Shown here: positions 1 through 11,595 of the stretch, in pieces | Layout: every line of letters begins with the position of its first letter | How positions within the stretch are numbered: position 1 is the first letter of the stretch | Origin: Phoronis australis | Lineage: Eukaryota; Animalia; Phoronida | Direction of reading: 5' to 3' | Assembly (NCBI GenBank): GCA_002633005.1 | Contig: NMRA01000394.1 | Span: 288,930-352,929 of the forward strand | DNA length: 64,000 nucleotides | Notes under the pieces: model-generated | Told to the model about the DNA's origin: nothing | Seen by the model: the letters and a program-made list of their open reading frames with translations, nothing else | Databases searched by the model: none | Program-made: the position numbers and the translations under genes

Positions 1-108
1 CCCCCCTTCGGTGCTATGCGCATCTACAATCGTGGTTCAGTTTGCGCAAATGCCTACAGCCGGACAAAATGTTGGGCCCCCCCTTGTGATATCCTAGATC
101 CGCCACTG
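1..108. mobile_element. Right end of a CAGTGGCGGATC-type MITE
   Basis: Ends in CCCCCCC..ATCCTAGATCCGCCACTG. The same terminus (CCCCCAAATCCGCCACTG) occurs at 44129-44146. Confidence 0.45.
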
Positions 109-537
109 AGACAGTACCACCGTCTGAGCTGGCCCAGGTAATTAGATGACTTGAATTTTCGCATGTTTGAGAGATATCTCTAAATTTTCGTTGTTATAAT
201 TGAAAATAGCGATTTTTTATCAGAATGCTTAACGACTTACGCTTTATAAGCCAACTACATGTACTTGGAACCGTCTAGACGAGCGGTGTTCTGTGAACGG
301 GATAGTACTGTAGAGCAAATATATTCCACTGGCTGACATAGCGTGCCGTAAGAGGGGGGTCAGTTGTCAAAAGGAAATTTTAATTTCCTTAAAAGCCGTC
401 CGCAAGGCCTATTTTTGTCGTGTCCTTAGGGGGAAGAGCGGCTCCATACTTCTGCCTAGGCATTCAAAGAATCTAGAAGCCTTACAGCACCGTTTGCGTC
501 CTTCATTTACTCAATAAAAACCTTGGTGTTCTTTCAG

Positions 538-2134
538 CCAAAAGGTGGCCGGTACGACATAGATTACACTCAATACCAACATGGCTACAACATCGCCTCG
601 CACAGAGAGAACAGAGCGCACCCCTTCTACACGCTCAGCATTCACGAAGAGGTAAACGCAAAAATAAATTTAGGCTATTAACACAGGGAATGAGACTTGC
701 CACAGGGGGAAATTTGAAATAATAAAATGGATGCTAACAGAAAACTTTTCAGGTCTTGAAGTGACGTTCGTAGTCTAGTAGTACGTGCGGATTGGTTGCA
801 GTTGTGACCTTATAGACTTTCTCCAAATCCTTTCCAAAATTCATAATTTCCCCCATTACAAAAGGTAAGACAAGTTTAATTATCTCAGTAAATCGACTGA
901 CCGTGGATCATTTCCGTGGATCATTTCGTAACAGTGAAAAGTTAACCTTAAGAGAACTTAGATGCAGGCTGAAATTCGGGAAAGTATTTTATAATACTAC
1001 CCCTAAACAAAAAAAAATTTCAAGATTTGACTTTTTCCAATCATGAAATCACGGTCTAAGAAATTGGCTTTCAATCAATTTTGATTCGGGAAACCTCCAG
1101 ATTTCCGGGTAACCATGTTCAACACGGGATTTTGAAAAAGCCTCAAAGTCAATGCACCACGTACGCCGGATTAGCATACTTTCAAAGTGTTTCTTCAAAG
1201 CATGAACTTCAAGCTAACAAAATGAACTTTTCCCAAACAGGAATTTAATAAATTAAATATAATCTTGACCTTAGGCCTCAGTTGCACTCTCCGAAATAGA
1301 CGAAATTATAACCGAAGTTTTCGAAATGGTGTTCGCCTACTGAATCCCAAAGTGATGCCATTTATTCCTGTATTCTTCCGTAATTCTCAGCCCGCGGTAG
1401 GAGTTTCCATGCGCGCACTCAGCCTAAAAATGGTGATCTTGAATTTTGAGAATGTGGACCTTTTACTATGATTCGGAGAGTACGTTCAGAGCTATGAATT
1501 GTGCATTCGCCGAATTTTTTGTAATTCCTAACTTTTCAGTGGACTTCTGTCTCGTTTCTACTTTTTTCGGAGTTTTTGTTTCACTGATGCGGAGCTTTTT
1601 GCCCTCTCCCACCTGGGTGCGCGCATGGTTTCTAACGTAAACCAATACCTAGAAATCGTAACGCCTTTGGGCTTAAAACGTGACACTTCTCATAAAAGTT
1701 GAAGCACAGATACCAAGATTTCCGGCGGGTGCGACCTCGGAGTCAGTTGTCTCTAAACATCGCGCCCATGACAAGGAGGCTCGTGAACCTGGCGACAATC
1801 GGTCTATTCCACTTAAATAGTGAACAAGAGAAGCTTTACTCACGCTGCTGCCTTTCGGATTGACTGAATACTTTCGTAAATTTTAGGGGCAAGCGCCTGA
1901 ATTCGGATACAGACGCAGCTTCACATATAGGTGTCTATGAATACGCACGTATTTCGATCTTTACAGGAGAGAGCCAAAATTGTACCGACTCGTTCATCGT
2001 CAATCATAGGCCACCGTGCAGTAATTGGAAAACTTGAACCACTCGACCGTAGGTACATCCGGAATATGGTGGCAACCAAAGGCTTCTTGAGGACGAGGGG
2101 TGTTGGTTTGCCCCCTCATTTGTTCCGATTTTAA
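538..2134 (+). CDS. CFAP90: CFAP90/C5orf49 (DUF4541)-like ciliary protein, last two coding exons (538-651, 1967-2134); 5' exons lie outside the window
   Basis: Splice sites tttcag|538..651|gtaaac and ttacag|1967, both phase 0. Joined peptide PKGGRYDIDYTQYQHGYNIASHRENRAHPFYTLSIHEE|ERAKIVPTRSSSIIGHRAVIGKLEPLDRRYIRNMVATKGFLRTRGVGLPPHLFRF* follows the recalled C5orf49 pattern YD..Y..LHRDDREH..L.V.EEE..R.V..SS..G.R..EPL.R...R.....F.R. AATAAA at 2158-2163. Confidence 0.75.
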
Positions 2135-2206
2135 GTTACGCACAGTGACAATCAGCTAATAAAGACATTTCAACTTGTTTCAAATTCTTTATAAAACTTT
2201 GGCGAA

Positions 2207-4438
2207 GAGCAAGTTAACGGACATGGGTTTAGGAGCAAACGTGCAGCATAACAAGGGCGACAATGGCGACAACTTTTGTTGTTACCGTCGACACGTCATT
2301 CATACCTGGATACTGTTGCACCTCCCAGGCATGTGTATACTGAGGATACATGCAGCAGACTGTGACAACAGTTGCACATATTGACGCGCCCTAAAAGCGT
2401 ACATCTGCAACACTTTGCATTGCCTGAGCCATGTATATGTAGGTTTACGCGGTACTACGTGTCGGCCAAAGTGAAGTATAGGCAAATCGAAACTTCGGTG
2501 AAGGACTCCTCTTGTAGGTGAGGTGATGTTTGATACCAAGCGTTATAAAACCCGTTCTTAGTAACCCGATGTTTTAACACTAAAATGTTTACAAAATCAA
2601 TCTCCCTCAAACAAGTGTTCCCAAGGGCGTGGTTATCACCACTAACCATTCAGTTCCGGATCTTTCCCCTCCCCCCGCTCAACTTGCTTGGGGCATATTT
2701 ACACTTCTCTGGGCCCTAGGTAGGAGCAGACTATCGTTCAACAAAAAGGAGGGAAAAAATACATATCGGTGTTCATTACACATAGTTGTCGCACGACCGA
2801 CAAGATGTGTCGAGTGCAACACTATAACTATTAGTCACAATCGTATATGCGAATTAAATGACCGCCAGTCGAGGGATGGGCAGATCCTGTGAAGATTGCA
2901 GAGAGGACATTGACGCTGAAAATTTTTTTTACATCTCTCAAATCCCAAAATAGACCTACCTGTTCAGAAAATAATTACACACAAGCAACTCTGTCGAAAG
3001 GTTCTGCATGTCAGTGATATACTCTTGAAGAAACGCACTAGGAGTGAGGGAAACTGGCAACTGTTGCAGAATAAAGACAGGTCTCCAATGGGACACCGCC
3101 TATAGATGGGATTCTTACTCAGATTGTAGCAAGTGTCCCCAAAGTTCACTCGATTAGATCACTCCTGTCCCTCAAAATTCCTGTAAGGAGAGCTACCGGG
3201 TGCAAGAGTGCCGCAGGGTAACTCAAAATCAATGGGTTCTCAGCTAACAATGCAAAGGGAAGTGCTACACAGGAGGCCAGGGTATAATTTGTTTAGACTT
3301 GCCCAGATGCNGAGCAAGTTAACGGACATGGGTTCAGGAGCAAACGTGCAGCATAACAAGGGCGACAATGGCGACAACTTGTGTTGTTACCGTCGACACG
3401 TCATTCATACCTGGATACTGTTGCACCTCCCAGGCATGTGTATACTGAGGATACATGCAGCAGACTGTGACAACAGTTGCACATATTGACGCGCCCTAAA
3501 AACGTACATCTGCAACACTTTGCATTGCCTGAGCCATGTATATGTAGGTTTACGCGGTACTACGTGTCGGCCAAAGTGAAGTATAGGCAAATCCAAACTT
3601 CGGTGAAGGACTCCTCTTGTAGGTGAGGTGATGTTTGATACCAAGCGTTATAAAACCCGTTCTTAGTAACCCGATGTTTTAACACTAAAATGTTTACAAA
3701 ATCAATCTCCCTCAAACAAGTGTTCCCAAGGGCGTGGTTATCATCACCACTAACCATTCAGTTCCGGATCTTTCCCCTCCCCCCCGCTCAACTTGCTTGG
3801 GGCATATTTACACTTCTCTGGGCCCTAGGTAGGAGCAGACTATCGTTCAACAAAAAGGAGGGAAAAATACATATCGGTGTTCATTACACATAGTTGTCGC
3901 ACGTCAGGCCACATATATATTCGCCGACCGACAAGATGTGTCGAGTGCAACACTAACTACTTGTCACAATCTTATATGCGAATTAAATGACCGCCAGTCG
4001 AGGGATGGGCAGATCCTGTGAAGATTGCAGAGAGGACATTGACGCTGAATTTTTTTTACATCTCCCAAATCCCAAAATAGACCTACCTGTTCAGAAAATA
4101 ATTACACACAAGCAACTCTGTCGAAAGGTTCTGCATGTCAGTGATATACTCTTGAAGAAACGCACTAGGAGTGAGGGAAACTGGCAACTGTTGCAGAATA
4201 AAGACAGGTCTCCAATGGGACACCGCCTATAGATGGGATTCTTACTCAGATTGTAGCAAGTGTCCCCAAAGTTCACTCGATTAGATCACTCCTGTCCCTC
4301 AAAATTCCTGTAAGGAGAGCTACCCTAGTGCAAGAGTGCCGCAGGGTAACTCAAAATCAATGGGTTCTCAGCTAACAATGCAAAGGGAAGTGCTACACAG
4401 GAGGCCAGGGTATAATTTGTTTAGACTTGCCCAGATGC
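2207..4438. repeat. Apparent ~1.1-kb direct duplication (2207-3310 / 3312-4438) across a single N; probably two haplotypes
   Basis: The copies abut the N at 3311 exactly and differ only by scattered SNPs and small indels, for example an extra ~20 bp at ~3905-3925. Confidence 0.9.
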
Positions 4439-5006
4439 ATAAATATGGTTCATGATAGTTTACGTTCTCTTTCTATAGATATGGGTCGAAATTCTAACTC
4501 CAAGTATAAACACCAGCCAAATTTATTCATTGCTGGTAACGCATACCTGCTACGAGACATAAGCATCACATATGGAAGTTACGACCCTTACTCTCACAAA
4601 AAGACGAGTTGTTACACCAACGGCACTCATACATGAAAGAACGTCTAAAACAATTAGCATATAAGTAACTAACAAATATCTTTTTTTATCACCAACTTTG
4701 TTATCAGACACAATCTCATATGACATCAAAGGACAACACTGAGAGTGGTGAAAAACACATCAGACACGCATATGAACTGCCGAACCAATTTCAAAAACAA
4801 CTGTTCACTAGAAACTCGTTTACTCGACAAACGAAAGAGACGATCGCACGTTCATAGTTTCCTCTTTCGAAAATTATACTGCAACGTGATGAATTAAATG
4901 TATTGGTATACAATTTACACGTTTTTGATCATTCATTATTTTCACCAATAAATGTTCTGTATTATAGCACTTCAAATACCTAGGCACAAATAAGTAATAA
5001 ACTGAT

Positions 5007-7563
5007 TCATTTTTGGAAGTATTCCCTCGTAGCACCGTCGATAGCTCCCGTGCGTTCCACCACGCGACGCTGTAGGTCGGCCTCTGCCCATTCCTTAGTT
5101 ATCGTTTTTGGTAAGGGGTTGTACACTACAAAAAAATTAATACGGAACCTAGTTTATTTTCAACGACACGATTCCAGCAATGTCCAAAGCCGCTCACGAC
5201 GTAATGTTCAGATGATCTCTACTGCCAAAAATATTTAAAGAACAAAACGTGGATATTGAAAATCTACAGGCCATAATTAACGATGAAAGCAAGCTACCAC
5301 TTCCACTGTTGGTTCGCTATGAATCTATGATGGCTGGTAAGAATTCCAACTCTGCCCAATTACCAGGTCCTCCAAATCTCACCTTACACTCTCATTCACA
5401 TTTTCGTAACTCCAAAATATTGTTTTGAGACCGTGACTAGTTTATGCTAAGAAACATAAATTAAAATCCTGGTTGGTGACTGACAATGCACCACACGTGC
5501 AGTGTACTAACATTAAAACTGAACAACTAACCTAATGAGTTGTGGAAAACAGTTCCAGTTGTCTTTTGCCTCAGTCCAGCAGCCACTAACGCACACTGGC
5601 GGTGCCTTCTGTTACCCAAAAGTACAACCACGTTCCTAATTATTGACCTCCGTATTTAGATCAAAGCTCAACTGATCAAGTTGGCAAGACTAATAGGTGT
5701 GGTGACTTCCTGTTTAAAAAAACATCCATTGTTTTTCCTATAATCATGATTCTGTACACAATGGATTTTTGGCAGAATTATTTGCTTAATTAATCCTAGA
5801 CGCCATTTTTATAATCAATCATGAGCCAGAATAGATGGAACCACGTGGTGTCTGTTAGGTACTACTCTGGCTTCCCCAGCTGCGTTAGCACTACCACAAG
5901 AACATCACCACCACACTTACCGTATCTTTTCACAAATACACAGACCATCCCAGCTAGGGATAGCCCAATGAGGACACCGCCTGTAATGAAGCGCCAGTCA
6001 GCGGTCGGGGACTCTATCTCGGCATACGTCTGACAGAAGCTTGCACGATATACTGGAGAGGACAGAGGACAGCATTACTTCAAAACACCCAGTTTCAGGC
6101 AGCAAATAGCTTGTGCTGGTCTCAGTTGAGTAATGAAAACTAATTAGTTTTAAGTAGACAACCTATGTACAACGTCATTAGAAACATTGCTATTCCATCC
6201 CAGCAAGTGCGAGCGTGAGTGAGTGCATCAAAGACGTTTCCCTCCGTACCTCTACCCCTCTTTCACAACAGTGTCATGTTAAGTTCGCGCCCAATTCCTG
6301 AATTTCCTGATTGATAACCACACAATTGTATACACGCTCATGCACTTCCAAGAAGTCCTATACTAGATTCCTGAAATCTACCGTAGGACCCAATAGCACA
6401 GTCTACAAGGGCGTCTTCATGGTTTGGAGAAACTTCCCGTGTGATCCCTGGTCAGGATAGATCGTGTGACGTGACCAACATATGGTGGGTAAGAACGCTA
6501 TTATTTCCAGGTGCCCATTACATTGTGCTACAGCAAGGCTAGAGCGCTAAGTACAGTCAACGTTTTGATTTCACCCTACACATGTTAACACAAAACAATA
6601 CCAATACTCAAATAAAAACGTGCAATGAAAATTGAAGAAACCCACAGGAAAGCATGGTTAAAACTTTGCTTTTTAGTTTTTAGGAACCAAATCAACAGAA
6701 ATTTCGCTTAAATTCTGCAGTGACAATTTTATTACCGGAGTAACAGATAAAAGTCAGAATGAAACAAACCCAAAGCTTGGCTTGCATAACGGGCAAGAAA
6801 CTGCAAAGCGTGACCAAGTTGAGTTACCTGGCAAAAAGAAAAATGACCATGTTGGACACAAGCTAAAATCCGTGCACAAAATTTGCCTAGAGTATATAGT
6901 CATGCCACCTGTTTCGTCCAATCACCAACGCGTTTTTAAAGACAGACTCACACATTTTCTTTTCTTCTATCGTCAGGTTTTTCCAATCTCCTTTTTCCTT
7001 TTCTCTGAGTGCCATGACCTCCGGCGTGTTCTTTCCGAAGCGGATAGCGGGAAATGGGAACTCAGGGCGATCCATGTAGCTGGCTGTTCCATTGAATCCG
7101 TAGCCTACGACGTCACGATCTCCTGAAATGACCGCGAGATACGTGAATATGCGATCAAGTTGCACAGATCATTTCCTCAGGCGTTTACGGTTTGCCAAGG
7201 GAGAAAATACGTTAGTTTCAACTTAAAATCAGCGAAGATGCGAGAATTACAAACAAGCACTGTAGTCTAAGAACACATTTTAACCCACGATTCATGAAGA
7301 AAATAAGAGGTAGGAGTCTGAAATCAAAGAAAAGTGTGTGACCTTGGACTAGTACCGCAAAGGATACAAGAAGAATCGGTTTGAGATGATTCAAGAAACT
7401 CCACTCACCTACCTTAACAAATACAAGGATTTTTACCTATTCTGGGGTTAATCAGTTCCCTTTCCGCTAAGGTTAATTCTCCGCCCTTTACGACCGTGGT
7501 GGCAATGGCGCGCTTTGGCACAACAGCACACCGAGATGCGATACGAACAAGATTGCTAGCCAT
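5007..7563 (-). CDS. COX4: Cytochrome c oxidase subunit 4, downstream paralogue (copy A), 182 aa; exons 7563-7437, 7122-6952, 6052-5921, 5125-5007
   Basis: All introns are GT-AG, phase 1, and the frame is open. Protein MASNLVRIASRCAVVPKRAIATT...PRIGDRDVVGYGFNGTASYMDRPEFPFPAIRF...LREKEKGDWKNLTIEEKKMLYRASFCQTYAEI..DWRFITGGV..(TM)..YVYNPLPKTITKEW...EYFQK* has hallmark COX4 motifs and an Arg-rich mitochondrial presequence. Confidence 0.96.
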
Positions 7564-8910
7564 GACCTGTGGATGTAGAAAATGTTAAAAGAGACTAAAA
7601 GCGGATATCTGCGAGAATTGCCCTTTCACCCATGAATATAAAAGGCGACAAGACAATTGAATCATGCATAAAATGGATTGCCTGTGGTTCGAAGGAAATT
7701 ACGTAATGTTCGTAAAACACAAAAAACAATATCATATTACCCCGCAGATAGTTGCGGTTTTCCGTAATTTGCCACTCAATTACACAGGTACATGTGCCTA
7801 AATTCGGCAATTGGGTGCATGTGCTGCTCCAATTGTAGGTGCACCTTGCTTTCTTTTTGAAATAGACTACCGAACTATTTCATTTCACACAGCGTGTGGC
7901 CTCAGTGACCATCTTGGTTAAATAAAACGGTAAAATAGGTTACTAAAAGTATAGTTTTTAATGTCTTAGCTTCGTTTTTGAAGAAATAAGCCTTTTTTGA
8001 TCGTCGTTGAAATAACTCGTCGGCCCCTATCTAAATCTGCATTTAGGCGCATGTGCTCAACCCTGACTGCAGGGTTACAGAGTACGAAAATATGTTCTGG
8101 GCAAATTTTGAATAGGCGTATAGTGGAGGTGGTAGTAAAAGAACACGATACTTGATCGAACAAGCCAAAAGCCATATGCAATCTAGCATGTTAAAATATT
8201 TTTTAGCCGTGCCATACAACTGAAGATAATTAACTTTGATCTCAAAACCAACAGGAGCCCGTTTCATGACAGGCACAATTCATGAGAAAGGCTCAGACAT
8301 GTAATTATGAGCACATCGGAGTCTAGAAAAACATTTTAGAAACAAGCTAAGTAACTAGCAGTCGTGTGTACATTCTCAGAGGCTTTGCACTTTTGCTCAA
8401 GCAAGATTGAACCTTTTTTCTGAAATAGTTGTGGGCGAAAAACCAAATTGTTGTCTTATGTCTCTTCTCATTAAACAGACACCTGGAATCATAAGAAAAC
8501 AGACGCACCGTTTCCCAAGTCCATCAACACCATACAGACAGTCAATCGTCCGCTTTCAGTGTACAATGTTTGTTCACCAAGGGACACATTTATGTGGGAG
8601 ACATGGAGGGAATTTGCGACGAAAGTTTGATGAACCACCAATCAGAAATTTACTGCAAGTTTGAAATTGCCTCAGTTACATGGGTCTGGTGGAAAAAAAT
8701 GTTCACCAGTGCTCGATCTGGCGATCTGCAGGTCGCCAATGCGACCTTACATATAGTGTTTGGAGACCTGGGATAATCCCAAGTCGCCATCAAGTCGCCA
8801 CTGCAAGTATCAAAATCAGACAATAATTCCCCCAAAATTCATGTCAAAGTTTGTGTTGACTTCTCCGGAACGCGATAAATAGGCTTAATTGCAATGTTGA
8901 AAGTGATTCT

Positions 8911-9000
8911 CTGCCACTGAAACAGAATTCAACCTGCTCACCAGGCATTTAGGGTTTGTACGTAAAAATTGTAAATTTCTGTTGATATCAAAGCATTTTC
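8911..9000 (+). repeat. Dispersed repeat fragment with a second copy at ~41092-41185
   Basis: Shared CTGAAACAGAATTC..AACCTGCT.ACCAG..GGTTTGTACGTAAA.ATT..AATTTCTGTTGAT.TCAAAGC. Confidence 0.6.
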
Positions 9001-9574
9001 GTTTAGTTTCAAATTTCAAAAAACGACCTGTCAACTGCTCGCCACTTCGTTGTTTTTTCTCCCATGATCGAGGCAAAGCAACGTCTCCTTATTTGACATA
9101 GATGCAGCACATTTCCCTTATTTCAAAAATGTGACCTTTGACCTCAAGCGACTTCAAGCAACTGACTGTGAACGTATGCATGTATTTATCATAAGTGGAA
9201 GAAATATTAGAAACTCTGTGGTAATCACAGTTTTTCTTTCGCGCGTATTTCAAAAACCGTGGATTTTGGGATTTTTTTCTGGAACGGAAGTGACGGTACC
9301 TTCGTCAGGAATTGTTTAAAAGATATTTTTGACGAGCTTTCGCGTTCCATGCCTCTTTTTGGTTCACAATTACTCCGTTTATTTCGTGATATCAGTGCAA
9401 TTGTCATCACGACAGTCTGCACACATCAAACGCGCGCTTAAATTACAAGAAGTAAAGAGACTAAAGTAGGAACTGTTCGGCAAAAATCGGAAAAGCGCGC
9501 CTCCATTTGCAACGAATGCGATCGCCTGTGTTCTATGTTCGTTCGCTGGCAGGAGTAATTCTGTGATGTCTCAT

Positions 9575-9737
9575 TTCGACTAAAATAACAGGTTTCCTAG
9601 TTAAGACTAGAGTTTTAGTCACGTCCCAATTATGTTAATGAACTAGCTGACTAAAAAGTGAAGTCATATTTTAGTCATGACTAAAATGGATCTTAACATG
9701 TGACTAAAATATGACTAGACTAACCTATGGTAAGGGA
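9575..9737. repeat. GACTAAAA-rich palindromic MITE remnant
   Basis: Perfect 20-bp palindrome ATTTTAGTCATGACTAAAAT at 9668-9687; 15-bp inverted pair 9663-9677 / 9701-9715; more GACTAAAA/TTTTAGTC copies at ~9578, 9613 and 9649. Confidence 0.55.
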
Positions 9738-10577
9738 AGAGTTTGTCTAAGTGAAGAACTTGCGGAACGTTTCCGCGTTGGAAACTAAAAAATACCTTAC
9801 ACAAGAAATACAATTGTTCGGAGGGTCTCATATTTGTTTTTCGATCACTATCGACATGATAAAGCATAAACAATTAAATGAGTGCAACAATACTGAATCA
9901 CTCACTAGACCACACTTCAACAATTCTCCGAAAAGCTCCGATTTTCATATTAGAATGACCCCTCAATTAATTTGCTTTTTCACAAAAATCGGCGAGGCCA
10001 GTGGTCCAGGGCTTCTCATGCTGTTACTGATCACAAATACCGTCGTTCAGGCACCGTCACCACGTTCAAGTTTCTCACAAGCTAATTTTGGATGCCGCCT
10101 GACAGTAGTATGGTTACCACAACAAACTGCCTAACTAGCATGGTAAGGGACTTTCGAAGCAGATTTGGTCATTTAGCAAAGCGTGATTTGAACTACGATT
10201 TTAATGTCGAACCATCAGGCCGACTTAATAAATCGAGATTTAAAGGCGAAGGCAACCTTTTTCCATGTCATTTTGAGGTAAAATAAGGTTGGTTGGTTAT
10301 CCTAGACATATTTTCCACTTAATTACAGCTTTTCGTAATTTTATTAATTACTCGTCCGCTACTACGGAAGTGACGTTTTAGGAGGCAAGCGTTTCCCGCC
10401 ACTTGGTTTTGCGTCGACTTTACCGTGCGAATCTGTTCTATTCTACTTTTGTTTTGTGCTGTTTTTCAACAATTGTCGCCACCACTTTCCATCGGCGAGT
10501 ATTCTGCGGCAAGATAGGTTAGTAGAGAACTCAACTACGTTGGATTTAGGGAATGTTTAGTGTATTGTAAGCTGTAA

Positions 10578-10974
10578 ATGGCTGGAGTCGGTGACCCGTA
10601 TCACAGTGACAGTAGTGTGAGTGACGGAGACCTTGTTCACAGCAGTGGTGACGAGGATTTTTTTCACGGACATTCAGTGGGGGTACATGTTTGAGCCCGA
10701 GTGTAACGAGGCAGAGTACGCACAGGCATATGCAGGTGTTGAGAGAAACGAGGCGGCTACTGAGGACAGACGTGGTGACACATCTTGGTGCAAATGCACT
10801 GTGTGCGTTGTTATGCTTACCTCAATGGAATGCTTGTGCTGTTCAGAGTTCGACGAGGCCAAGCCACTACTAGACATGGTTACTGAAGTGGAACTCTGGC
10901 ATACCACGGATAGTGGAACAACTGTCCCGCACTCAGTTGCCAGTCTCCCGCGACACACTCCCACTAGATGGTGA
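10578..10974 (+). pseudogene. KolX-like (P2X7 cytoplasmic-ballast / nanor-like) Cys-rich gene remnant
   Basis: ATG at 10578 opens an acidic N-terminus (MAGVGDPYHSDSSVSDGD...). A frameshift near the T-run at ~10658-10664 leads into GYMFEPE...RRGDTSWCKCTVCVVMLTSMECLCCSE, matching the Y.FEP...WC.C..C..M....EC.CC.E zinc motif of that family. The C-terminal half is missing. Confidence 0.75.
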
Positions 10975-11071
10975 CCTGAGCACCCAAACTGCTTTCATCG
11001 TGCCGTGTGACTCCCTCGCCACACACCTGGCACCTTCTAAATAGACCAGTCCACAATAAACTTATCAAAGT

Positions 11072-11595
11072 TTACCTACTCCCACTACTCAATATCGCTG
11101 CAGGGCTGCTTAGAGGCTCTGGGCTGCAGAAAACAGCACAGGGCGAATCACTACTGGTTCCAGGAATTGCATGCTCTGGGGTACGTTCGGAGGCACGGGT
11201 GACAGTAGATGAAGTGCCTCCACTGGCTCCAGTCACTGTACTGGCCACAGCTCGCAAAGCTTCTCGCCTCAAAATCGCACTTCTCGGGGGTGGCGACGGG
11301 GCACTGCCGGGAATCAACACAGACGGTATGGCATCCTTCTTCAGGCGTTCGCAGGGACCTTCATCAGTTCAGCATACAAATCCCTTTCGTAACCGGAGGG
11401 CAGAAAGTGCTTGCCACACACACGGTAATTCTCCACTGCTTTGTACGTTGCGTGGACGGGTAACGCTGTGTTCTTCACACGAACGAGCCAAGTACGGCGA
11501 ATTGTGTCATCCATCGGAAAGCCATGCAAAGGTACTCGCAAAGCGCGCGTGAGCCGATAACTAGTACATTTCGGTACTCAGCAACAGTGTGGCAT
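11072..11595 (-). pseudogene. THAP zinc-finger N-terminus of a Kolobok transposase, disrupted
   Basis: MPHCC*VPKC...LHGFPMDDTIRRTWLVRV...YRVCGKHF (C2CH motif with the conserved P, W and F). A frameshift near 11350 leads into RLKKDAIPSV (AVPTIF box) and a Ser/Pro-rich linker. In-frame TGA at 11578-11580. Confidence 0.85.

Noticed and set aside
11007-11552. 181-aa plus-strand ORF
   Set aside because: It is the antisense shadow of the GC-rich THAP remnant and has no recognisable motif.
11578-11580. In-frame TGA beside the THAP cysteines as a possible selenocysteine codon
   Set aside because: The same ORF also has a frameshift and is truncated, and no SECIS is evident; simple decay explains it.
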